Assembly: GCA_046498225.1 (NCBI GenBank)
Contig: JAWOBF010000141.1
Location: 1-10,963, forward strand
Origin: Candidatus Aegiribacteria sp.
Lineage (GTDB): Bacteria; Fermentibacterota; Fermentibacteria; Fermentibacterales; JCC-6
Direction: 5' to 3'
Length of the DNA stretch: 10,963 nt
The stretch's first letter is position 1. Each line of letters opens with the position of its first letter. A program made the position numbers and the translations under genes. Positions 1 through 6,654 of the stretch are shown piece by piece. A model generated the notes under the pieces. That model made no database searches and was not told the DNA's origin. It saw nothing but the letters and a program-made list of their open reading frames with translations.

Positions 1-393
1 CTGGCCCACACCGACCTTTTCCGGGCGGGCATAGCGCGCAGCGGCTCGTACAACAAGACCAACCAGCCCTTCGGTTTTCAGGGTGAACGCCGCTCCCTGT
101 TCGAGGCGAGGGATGTGTACATCCAGGTCTCCCCCCTGTTCTTCGCCGACCAGGTGAACGAACCGATACTGATCATCCACGGCGACGACGACTCCAATCC
201 GGGCACCCGGACCTTCCAGTCGGAAATCTTCTACGAGGCGGTGCGCGGCTGCGGAGGAATCACCCGGCTGGTGCTGCTGCCCTACGAGGACCACGGCTAC
301 CGTGGACGGGAGACCGTGGAGCACGTGCTCTGGGAACAGCTGCGATGGTTCGGAATGTATCTCCAGGGTGATGGCGCTGATGGAAATCACTGA
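1..393 (+). CDS. S9 family serine peptidase (prolyl oligopeptidase clan, glutamyl-endopeptidase/S9D-like), C-terminal part; 5' truncated by window edge
   Basis: Frame 1 is open from base 1: LAHTDLFRAGIARSGSYNKTNQPFGFQGERRSLFEARDVYIQVSPLFFADQVNEPILIIHGDDDSNPGT...LLPYEDHGY. This has the S9 catalytic Asp (HGDDD) and His (EDHGY) motifs. The GxSxG Ser motif would lie upstream of the window. The ORF-track start at 115 is an internal GTG. Confidence 0.9.
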   Translation: MAHTDLFRAGIARSGSYNKTNQPFGFQGERRSLFEARDVYIQVSPLFFADQVNEPILIIHGDDDSNPGTRTFQSEIFYEAVRGCGGITRLVLLPYEDHGYRGRETVEHVLWEQLRWFGMYLQGDGADGNH

Positions 394-412
394 CCTGCTG
401 ATTGGAGAATAA

Positions 413-2125
413 ATGATACTGTCACTTTCGTTATTATCAGTGCTGCTTTCAGCTTCGGGCGGAGTACAGACACCGCCGGACCGTGAATGGATCCCGAATG
501 GAACCTGTGAATCAGAGGAACATCACCCCCGGGAGGATGCTTCACTGCACAGGGGCTGGCCGGTGGACCTGAGTTCCCCCGGAGCAGGTTTTCCCTACAC
601 CCCCCTGCTGTACGATGTGGACGGTGACGGGGCGGCCGAGATCTTTCTTACCGGCGGGGAAACCTTCGGTCTCAGCGGGGATGGGAGTTTTCTGCCCGGA
701 TGGCCCGCTCAGGAGATGACATACATGGGATACGCCTCCACCGGACAGCTGCCCGGACCCTCCGCGGGGGACATGAACGGTGACGGCGTGGCCGAGATAA
801 TGTGGTCCACCAGGGACTGGTACGCCGGGTCCTCCTACCTGTGGAGCTTCAACGGCAGGGCCCCGGACGGCAGCGATCTCGCCGGCTACCCGCAGAGCGC
901 GCCGGACCAGTCTTCCAACGCACTGGCCTCACCGTTCGTACTGGGAGACGGTGACGGGGACGGTCAGATGGAGGCGGTGACGGCCCACACCCTGGGCAAT
1001 ACGGGAGACTACTACAGGATATCCTGCCTCGATTACTCAGGCGAAATACTCTACACCGCCGACCTGAACAGCAGCGAGGACATTCTCGATATCTACTTCG
1101 GCGACGCGGACGGCGACGGCGGGGAGGAATTCTTCGCAGTAACGATGTTCTCCGGTGATTTCAGACTTCATCTCTTCGACAGCGACGGCAACCATCAGCC
1201 CGGATACCCTGTCAGCATATACACCCCGTCGGGAGGCAATCTGATGTTCGGACCTCCCATACCGGCGGACCTGGACGGTGACGGTGACCTGGAGATAATG
1301 CTGGGCTACTACGCCTCCTCGACGGCGTACGCGGTGGCGGTGCACCACGACGGGACCGTTATGCCGGGATTCCCGGTTACCGTCGCCACCGGAAGCCAGC
1401 TCTTCTACCTGGGCATGGGCGACATAACCGGTGACGGATATCCGGAGCTTCTGGCGGTGGATAATGAACTGACCGCCGATTACAGGATATGGGCCATAGA
1501 CATGGAAACCGGCGTTCCCCTGCCGGGATGGCCCGTTTACGAAAGCCACTGGCCCAAGGGATTCCCCGTAGTGGCGGACCTTGACGGAGACGGTCTTCAG
1601 GACATCTCCTTCACAACCGACGGAGGGAACGTTCATGCCCTTTCGTCGGACGGGTCGGAACTGACGGGATTTCCCAGGTCCATGTCCGCCGCGTCCACTT
1701 CCGGAACCGCAGTGGGCGACATAGACGGTGACGGATTATACGAGCTGGTAGCGGCCACATGGGACGGATGGGTCTACGCCTGGGATACGGACGGGCAGGT
1801 CGCGGAGAACAACCGCGACTGGCCCATGAGGGGGGTCGATCCACGTAACACCGGCGTATACGGGGGATCATCCCAGAGCGGGGTCGGTGAACAGGGTCCG
1901 GAAGTCGGCTTCAGGGTATCCCGCAACCCGGTCACGGGAACCGCGGTGTTCCAGGTGACCGGCATCACCTCGCAGCCCGATATCGAGATATTCGATGTAA
2001 CCGGCAGGCGAAGGGCCACCGTATCGTCGAGCTGGACACCTTCTGGGGACTGCGGGAGCGGGGTCTACTTCGCCCGGCTGGAGGGCGTCGAAGCTGAGCC
2101 AGTTAAGTTCCTGCTGGTCAGATAA
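413..2125 (+). CDS. Secreted FG-GAP/VCBS-repeat beta-propeller protein with C-terminal T9SS type-A/FlgD-Ig-like sorting domain
   Basis: GGAG SD at 404-407. Hydrophobic signal peptide MILSLSLLSVLLSASG. Eight DxxGDG Ca-binding motifs (DVDGDG, DMNGDG, DGDGDG, DADGDG, DLDGDG, DITGDG, DLDGDG, DIDGDG). C-terminal RNP...IFDVTGR...SGVYFARL...KFLLVR pattern (approx. 1900-2125). Confidence 0.85.
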   Translation: MILSLSLLSVLLSASGGVQTPPDREWIPNGTCESEEHHPREDASLHRGWPVDLSSPGAGFPYTPLLYDVDGDGAAEIFLTGGETFGLSGDGSFLPGWPAQEMTYMGYASTGQLPGPSAGDMNGDGVAEIMWSTRDWYAGSSYLWSFNGRAPDGSDLAGYPQSAPDQSSNALASPFVLGDGDGDGQMEAVTAHTLGNTGDYYRISCLDYSGEILYTADLNSSEDILDIYFGDADGDGGEEFFAVTMFSGDFRLHLFDSDGNHQPGYPVSIYTPSGGNLMFGPPIPADLDGDGDLEIMLGYYASSTAYAVAVHHDGTVMPGFPVTVATGSQLFYLGMGDITGDGYPELLAVDNELTADYRIWAIDMETGVPLPGWPVYESHWPKGFPVVADLDGDGLQDISFTTDGGNVHALSSDGSELTGFPRSMSAASTSGTAVGDIDGDGLYELVAATWDGWVYAWDTDGQVAENNRDWPMRGVDPRNTGVYGGSSQSGVGEQGPEVGFRVSRNPVTGTAVFQVTGITSQPDIEIFDVTGRRRATVSSSWTPSGDCGSGVYFARLEGVEAEPVKFLLVR

Positions 2126-2152
2126 AAATGCAGCGGCAACACTGTTCGAGGT

Positions 2153-3118
2153 CTACAGGAGTTTCGACCTGAGTTTCTCCAGCATGTCCGCGGTCATCGA
2201 CTCAAGGTCCCATTCCGGCTCCCAGCCCCATTCCTCCCTGGCGGCAGTGTCGTCCACGCTCATGGGCCAGGTGTCGGCTATGTCCTGCCTGTAGTCCGGT
2301 CTGTAGTCCACCTGGAAGTCGGGAATGTGCTTTTTTATGCTGTCCGCTATGTCGGCCGCGGTGACCGAAAGAGCCCCCACGTTGAAGTCGCTGTGATGGA
2401 CCAGTGAATCGAAATCGGCTTCCGCGAGGTCCATGGTGGCCTTGATGCAGTCGGGCATGTACATCATGGGAAGCATTGTGTCCTCCCTGACGAAACATGT
2501 GTAGCGGCCATCCTGTACGGCCTTGTAGTATATGTCCACCGCGTAGTCCGTGGTTCCGCCTCCGGGGAGGGTTTCCGAGGAGATAATGCCGGGATACCTG
2601 AGGCCGCGGACATCCAGGCCGTACTTCCTGACGTAGTAGTCGCAGACCAGCTCTCCGGACACCTTGGTAACACCGTACATGGTCCTGGGCTTGAGAACGG
2701 TCTCCTGCGGTGTTCCGTCCCTTGGCGTCTCCGGTCCGAAGGCGGCGATGGAGCTGGGAATGATAATACGTGAGACACCATGAGCTCTACCTGCCTCCAG
2801 GATGTTCATCGTACCGTCCATGTTGACTTTCCAGCAGAGCTGGGGATTCTTCTCTCCGGTTGCGGAGAGTATGGCGGCCATATGGAACACCGCGTCAATG
2901 CCCATGTCACCTATCATTTCCCCCACAGCTGCCCCGTCGGTGACGTCAAGAAGCTCCCACGGGCCACCTTCCGTAACACCGTTTCCCTTCTCTCCCGATC
3001 TGATATCCGACGCCACGACGTTGTCCCTGCCGTAGCGCACTCTGAGTTCCTCGGTGAGTTCCGAACCTATCTGTCCCAGGGCGCCGGTAACAAGGATCCT
3101 GCTGAATTGGCGGGTCAT
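2153..3118 (-). CDS. tdh: L-threonine 3-dehydrogenase (SDR / NAD-dependent epimerase-type)
   Basis: Rossmann motif ILVTGALGQIGSEL, HMAAILSATGE, PSSIAAFG, catalytic YGVTK, and the TDH-type signature RYPGIIS...PGGGTTDYAVDIY, plus LPMMYMPD and RQDIADTWP. kbl is present in the same window. Confidence 0.88.
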   Translation of the reverse strand: MTRQFSRILVTGALGQIGSELTEELRVRYGRDNVVASDIRSGEKGNGVTEGGPWELLDVTDGAAVGEMIGDMGIDAVFHMAAILSATGEKNPQLCWKVNMDGTMNILEAGRAHGVSRIIIPSSIAAFGPETPRDGTPQETVLKPRTMYGVTKVSGELVCDYYVRKYGLDVRGLRYPGIISSETLPGGGTTDYAVDIYYKAVQDGRYTCFVREDTMLPMMYMPDCIKATMDLAEADFDSLVHHSDFNVGALSVTAADIADSIKKHIPDFQVDYRPDYRQDIADTWPMSVDDTAAREEWGWEPEWDLESMTADMLEKLRSKLL

Positions 3119-3166
3119 TTCATACCTTTCGAAGAAGCTGTGATACAGGACGATTTTTCAGCCTGG

Positions 3167-3195
3167 ATATTATTAAAAGAAGCCCCGGGCTGCAA
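3167..3195 (-). promoter_or_regulatory. Putative sigma70-type promoter for tdh
   Basis: Minus strand TTGCAG (3195-3190), 17 nt spacer, TAATAT (3172-3167), in the AT-rich gap between the cyclophilin stop and the tdh start. AAAGGT SD-like sequence lies 5 nt before the ATG. Confidence 0.6.
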
Positions 3196-3199
3196 GGGT

Positions 3200-4873
3200 T
3201 CAGTCCGCCAGGGCAGGGACGCCGTGAATCGGAGTTCCCACGGTTATCCGGTCCAGGGAAACGGTGTTGATCACCCTCCCGAACGCGGTGTACCTGCCGT
3301 CCAGCCTTCCATGGTCGTCCAGCATTATGAAGAACTGACTTCCAGCGGTATTGAGTCCGGCATCGGCCATTCCCATGACACCCCTGCCGAAGTGGGCGGG
3401 GCTTCTCTCGTTTGGAATGGAGTATCCGGGACCTCCCATGCCGTTGCCCTCCGGGCAGCCCGCCTGGGCGACAAAGCCCGGAATGACGCGGTGGAAGGCT
3501 ATTCCATCGTAGAACCCGGTTTCGGCCAGGTGAAGGAAGTTGCGGCAGGCGATTGGAGCCGTCTCCGGCCACAGCTCTATCACGAAGTCGCCCTCCCCTG
3601 TCCTGAGCAGCACCTTGCTGGGGACAGGCCCGTCCAGCGGAAATGGCAGTGAGTAGGCCCTCCATTCCTCTTCGGCCTCCCCTTCGGCTTCGCCCCGGAG
3701 CATCCTCTTCAGCAGCGAGACATACTCGTCGACGGCGCTCCGGTCCCGGTAGCTCTCCCTCCTGTTCTCCATCTCCCCGATGACCCGCATCGCACCGGAG
3801 GAGTCCGATGTCTCCACCAGGTGCCAGGCCCGGGATACGGGCAGCAGCCAGTATGGATCCGAAAGCCATCGGCTCTCCAGTTCGGGGGTTACCGGCAGGG
3901 AATCCGACAGCCAGGCGGACTGGGCGGCAGCCCTCCTTCCCGGGTCGGGATGCTCCATCAGCTGCTGCAGCAGTTCGGCGTCGGGGGCTTCCAGCTCCTC
4001 CGCAGCCATGTGGCCCACGGGACCTTCGAGCCATGCCAGTTCCCGCAGCACCCGTGCGCCGTCTGAGAAGCCCTCCTCACGTCTGGCCACCGCTGCATGG
4101 AGCCTTACGTATGGGACGGGGTCCTGAAGCAGGGATTCCAGTGCTTCCGGAGCAGCGGACATGGCGGCATTGTACCGAACGGCCCACAGCGGATCGTCCA
4201 GCATGTGCCCGGCTTCTTCAGGAGGACTGCAGGCTGCTGTGTAAATCCTTGCAAGCGGGTCGTCGGCGGGTACCGAATCGAATGAACACTCTCTGTCCGT
4301 CTCCCCGCGGTACCTCGCCAGCCGCGCAACTCCGGCCTTCGCGAGATCGTCCTCGCTCAGTTCTCCGGTGGCGTCTATTCCCAGTCTTCCCAGTACCTCC
4401 AGGGACAGCGCCCTGGAACCGGCGGGAATGGAGTTCCATGAGCGGGTTACCAGGTCCAGCACAGCTTCCATGTCGGGGATTTCCTCGCCTGCCGCCGTCT
4501 TGCGCAGAGCTCTGCGGAGTAACCCGTCCAGCAGGCGGGGTTCCCGGGATACGCTGGAGGGGTCCGGCATCATCCATTCATCGCCGTACTGGACAAGCAG
4601 CGGTGTCATACCGCTGGAAAACGGGGTACCCAGCAGCGAGGCCGCCCAGATTATCGTGGCTGAATCCGATGGATGCTCCTCCATCATCGCCGAGACGAAA
4701 TCTCCCCTGTCCATCCATCCGGGCACGTGACCGCTTCTTGCCATGAACACCAGGACTTCCACCGGATCCTGCTCAATGGCCCGCCCGATGGAGGCGGAGT
4801 CCGGCGGGGCCGGTTCCGCGTACCACCCCGATGCGGCCAGCAGGAGGCTCTGAAGGATAAGGATAATGGTCAC
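3200..4873 (-). CDS. Secreted HEAT-repeat + cyclophilin-type peptidyl-prolyl cis-trans isomerase fusion
   Basis: N-terminal signal-like MTIILILQSLLLAASG. HEAT-like units LDDPLWAVRYNAA, LQDPVPYVRLHAA, MEHPDPGRRAAAQ, LSDPYW. C-terminal cyclophilin domain (approx. 3203-3622) with GFYDGIAFHRVIPGFVAQAG, GMADAGLNTAGSQFFI and LDGRYTAFGRV. The GTG start overlaps the upstream TGA (GTGA, 4873-4870). Confidence 0.88.
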   Translation of the reverse strand: MTIILILQSLLLAASGWYAEPAPPDSASIGRAIEQDPVEVLVFMARSGHVPGWMDRGDFVSAMMEEHPSDSATIIWAASLLGTPFSSGMTPLLVQYGDEWMMPDPSSVSREPRLLDGLLRRALRKTAAGEEIPDMEAVLDLVTRSWNSIPAGSRALSLEVLGRLGIDATGELSEDDLAKAGVARLARYRGETDRECSFDSVPADDPLARIYTAACSPPEEAGHMLDDPLWAVRYNAAMSAAPEALESLLQDPVPYVRLHAAVARREEGFSDGARVLRELAWLEGPVGHMAAEELEAPDAELLQQLMEHPDPGRRAAAQSAWLSDSLPVTPELESRWLSDPYWLLPVSRAWHLVETSDSSGAMRVIGEMENRRESYRDRSAVDEYVSLLKRMLRGEAEGEAEEEWRAYSLPFPLDGPVPSKVLLRTGEGDFVIELWPETAPIACRNFLHLAETGFYDGIAFHRVIPGFVAQAGCPEGNGMGGPGYSIPNERSPAHFGRGVMGMADAGLNTAGSQFFIMLDDHGRLDGRYTAFGRVINTVSLDRITVGTPIHGVPALAD

Positions 4874-5172
4874 CGGTCCGTATCCTCGTCCATGTATTCG
4901 TCGTAATCGAGGTCATCACCGTTGCCGCAGGAATCCATGTACTCCACTATGAGCCTCTCGGAACGCTCACGGTCTTCCTCCATTACCATCACGTATCCCC
5001 ATACAGGGTTCCACACCTTGGCTATTCCGTCGTACATGGGGATCTGCCTGCTTCTGATGGCCGCATCTATGCCCTGGCTCTCGAGGAAGGCCTGAATGGT
5101 TATGGCTTCCAGTTCATTGTTGGCTTCCAGGACAGGGACCAGCCTGCTTTCATCAATTCCCTTGTCAGTCAT
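4870..5172 (-). CDS. DUF2007-like putative signal-transducing protein (100 aa)
   Basis: Likely start is ATG 5172 (MTDKGIDESRLVPV...) with GGAGG SD at 5183-5179, not 5235. Pattern LVPVLEANNELEAITIQAFLESQGIDAAI...GYVMVMEEDRERSERLI is typical of DUF2007. Acidic tail DDLDYDEYMDEDTDR. Confidence 0.75.
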   Translation of the reverse strand: MTDKGIDESRLVPVLEANNELEAITIQAFLESQGIDAAIRSRQIPMYDGIAKVWNPVWGYVMVMEEDRERSERLIVEYMDSCGNGDDLDYDEYMDEDTDR

Positions 5173-5219
5173 TCGGCACCTCCAGAAAGGAAAATAATGA
5201 AAAATTCTATTTCGCGCAC

Positions 5220-5249
5220 TTGACTTCATCTGCAAACCGTTAAGAATAT
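5220..5249 (+). promoter_or_regulatory. Putative promoter for the TPP riboswitch-thiC transcript
   Basis: TTGACT at 5220-5225, with -10 candidates AAGAAT (5242-5247, 16 nt spacer) or GAATAT (5244-5249, 18 nt spacer). Either would put the start site just 5' of the aptamer, in an AT-rich divergent intergenic region. Confidence 0.45.
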
Positions 5250-5262
5250 CATTGTATGAATA

Positions 5263-5343
5263 ACGCGCACGGGGTGCCCGCCGCGGGCTGAGAAAATACC
5301 CTTGGAACCTGATCTGGTTAGCACCAGCGGAGGGAGATCGAGT
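5263..5343 (+). ncRNA. TPP (THI-box) riboswitch aptamer
   Basis: GGGGTGCCCG-CCG-CGGGCTGAGAAAATACCC...GAACCTGATCTGGTTAGCACCAGCGGAGGGAG. P2 is GGG/CCC, P3 is GCCCG/CGGGC, the invariant CTGAGA is at 5288-5293, ACCTGATC is present, P5 is CTGG/CCAG and the 3' end reads AGCGGAGGGA. It lies directly upstream of thiC. Confidence 0.93.
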
Positions 5344-5351
5344 CGGAAAAC

Positions 5352-6653
5352 ATGGAAACCCTTATCGAAGCGGCAGCAAGAGGAAAAGCCCTTGAAACGG
5401 TTGAGAGAACGGCGGAGCTGGAAGGCGTTCCGGTAAGGCTCCTGCTGGAGGGCCTGGCCGATGGAACGGTGGTAATACCCGCAAACGCAACCAGGAAAAA
5501 AAATAGACCCGTGGCCATCGGCCGGGGAATGACTGTCAAGGTGAACGCCAACATAGGCAGCTCCGCCGATCTGGAATCGGCCGAGAACGAGCTGGAAAAG
5601 CTGATGGTGGCGGTCTCCCACGGAGCCCATACCGTCATGGACCTCTCCACCGGACCGGAGTGGAGGAAAATACTCACACGGATCGTCGAAAGAAGCCCGG
5701 TCCCCCTGGGAACGGTGCCTCTCTACCAGGTCTTCGGAGAGGCCCTGAATCAGGACAGGGACGTGGGCGACGTATCAGAGGAGGAGATATTCTCCGCTGT
5801 GGAGGACCACTGCCGCATGGGGGTTGACTACCTCACCCTTCACTGCGGTGTGACCGCGCGCGCCATCAGGCTGCTTCGGGACCAGGGCAGGAAGCTGGGA
5901 ATAGTCTCCAGGGGCGGTTCCCTCATGGCGGAATGGATGGAGAAGAGGGGGCGGGAGAACCCACTCTACCAGCACTTCGACAGGCTGATCGAGATCCTCA
6001 GGGAGTACGACGTAACCTTCTCTCTGGGTGACGGGCTACGTCCCGGCTGCCTGTCCGACGCTTCGGACCGTGCCCAGATAGAGGAGCTTATCTCACTGGG
6101 AGAGCTGCAGGAGCGTTCCCACCGCGCCGGTGTGCAGGTGATGATAGAGGGACCGGGTCACGTACCCATGAACAGGATAGAAGAGAACGTCAGAATGCAG
6201 AAGAGTCTCTGCAACAACGCCCCGTTCTACGTTCTGGGGCCCATAGTAACGGACATAGCGCCGGGCTACGACCACATAACCTCCGCCATCGGGGGCGCCA
6301 TGGCGGCCTGGTACGGGGCGGATTTCCTCTGCTACGTAACCCCGGCGGAGCATCTGAGGCTGCCGGACGCGGATGATGTAAGGGTGGGAGTCATTTCAGC
6401 GAGAATAGCGGCGCACGCCGCCGATATCGCCAGGGGAACGAAGGGTTCAATGGAACGGGACGACGCCATGGCCGAAGCCAGGGAGAATTTCGACTGGGAG
6501 GCCCAGTACAGGCTGGCAATGGATCCCATAACCGCCAGGCGCGAGCGGGACGAGGCCCTTCCCTCCGACAGCGACGTATGTTCCATGTGCGGGCATCTGT
6601 GCGCTCTGAAGACCACACACAGAGCCTTTGACCACACCAGGGAGAAGGAATGA
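5352..6653 (+). CDS. thiC: Phosphomethylpyrimidine (HMP-P) synthase ThiC, short 433 aa form
   Basis: VKVNANIGSS, TVMDLSTG, GTVPLYQ, GVDYLTLHCG, GIVSRGGS, SLGDGLRPG, QVMIEGPGHVP, PFYVLGP, APGYDHITSAIG, CYVTPAEHL and the C-terminal Fe-S motif CSMCGHLC. The upstream TPP riboswitch favours ThiC over its paralogues BzaA/B/F. Confidence 0.95.
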   Translation: METLIEAAARGKALETVERTAELEGVPVRLLLEGLADGTVVIPANATRKKNRPVAIGRGMTVKVNANIGSSADLESAENELEKLMVAVSHGAHTVMDLSTGPEWRKILTRIVERSPVPLGTVPLYQVFGEALNQDRDVGDVSEEEIFSAVEDHCRMGVDYLTLHCGVTARAIRLLRDQGRKLGIVSRGGSLMAEWMEKRGRENPLYQHFDRLIEILREYDVTFSLGDGLRPGCLSDASDRAQIEELISLGELQERSHRAGVQVMIEGPGHVPMNRIEENVRMQKSLCNNAPFYVLGPIVTDIAPGYDHITSAIGGAMAAWYGADFLCYVTPAEHLRLPDADDVRVGVISARIAAHAADIARGTKGSMERDDAMAEARENFDWEAQYRLAMDPITARRERDEALPSDSDVCSMCGHLCALKTTHRAFDHTREKE

Positions 6654-6654
6654 T

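Noticed and set aside
366..407. GGTGATGGCGCTG...GCTGAT resembling a fluoride riboswitch
   Set aside because: It lacks the pairing partner (GTTCACC-type) and the 3' GACNCCTAC pseudoknot segment, lies mostly inside the peptidase CDS, and no fluoride-resistance gene follows.
620..1740. Recurrent GACGGTGACGG/GACGGCGACGG DNA motifs suggesting a repeat array
   Set aside because: They encode the DGDG motifs of the FG-GAP repeats, with variable spacing inside a CDS, so this is not CRISPR or a DNA-level repeat element.
3115..3123. Two-codon mini-ORF ATG AAA TGA overlapping the tdh start (a similar ATG CAT TGA overlaps the MFS start at 9640-9648)
   Set aside because: Easily produced by chance, with no properly spaced SD of their own and no attenuator structure.
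3174..3192. Possible intrinsic terminator after the cyclophilin gene (minus strand AGCC-CGG-GGCT-TCTTTT)
   Set aside because: The stem is only 4 bp with a 3-nt loop and coincides with the spacer of the tdh promoter candidate, so it is too weak to call.
2780..4746. Long alternative-frame ORFs (2780-3652 +, 3120-4034 -, 3808-4746 + and others)
   Set aside because: They are shadow ORFs overlapping well-supported tdh and cyclophilin genes. They have no family motifs and are either Arg/Gly/Pro-rich or antisense-frame translations, as expected in high-GC DNA.
5173..5235. N-terminal extension of the DUF2007 ORF to 5235 as given in the ORF track
   Set aside because: It runs through the AT-rich promoter region. 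ATG 5172 has a strong GGAGG SD and marks the start of the domain.
5496..5503. A8 homopolymer in thiC as a phase-variation or frameshift site
   Set aside because: The reading frame is intact (R-K-K-N-R) and the run is simply explained by Lys/Asn codons.
5352..6653. Alternative assignment as BzaA/BzaB/BzaF (benzimidazole synthesis paralogues of ThiC)
   Set aside because: The gene is preceded by a TPP rather than a cobalamin riboswitch and there are no cobamide genes nearby. A phylogeny would be needed to exclude it formally.
6628..6654. ORF-track start of the sulfatase-like gene at 6628
   Set aside because: ATG 6655 gives a canonical lipoprotein signal peptide, follows an SD-like sequence and avoids overlap with thiC.
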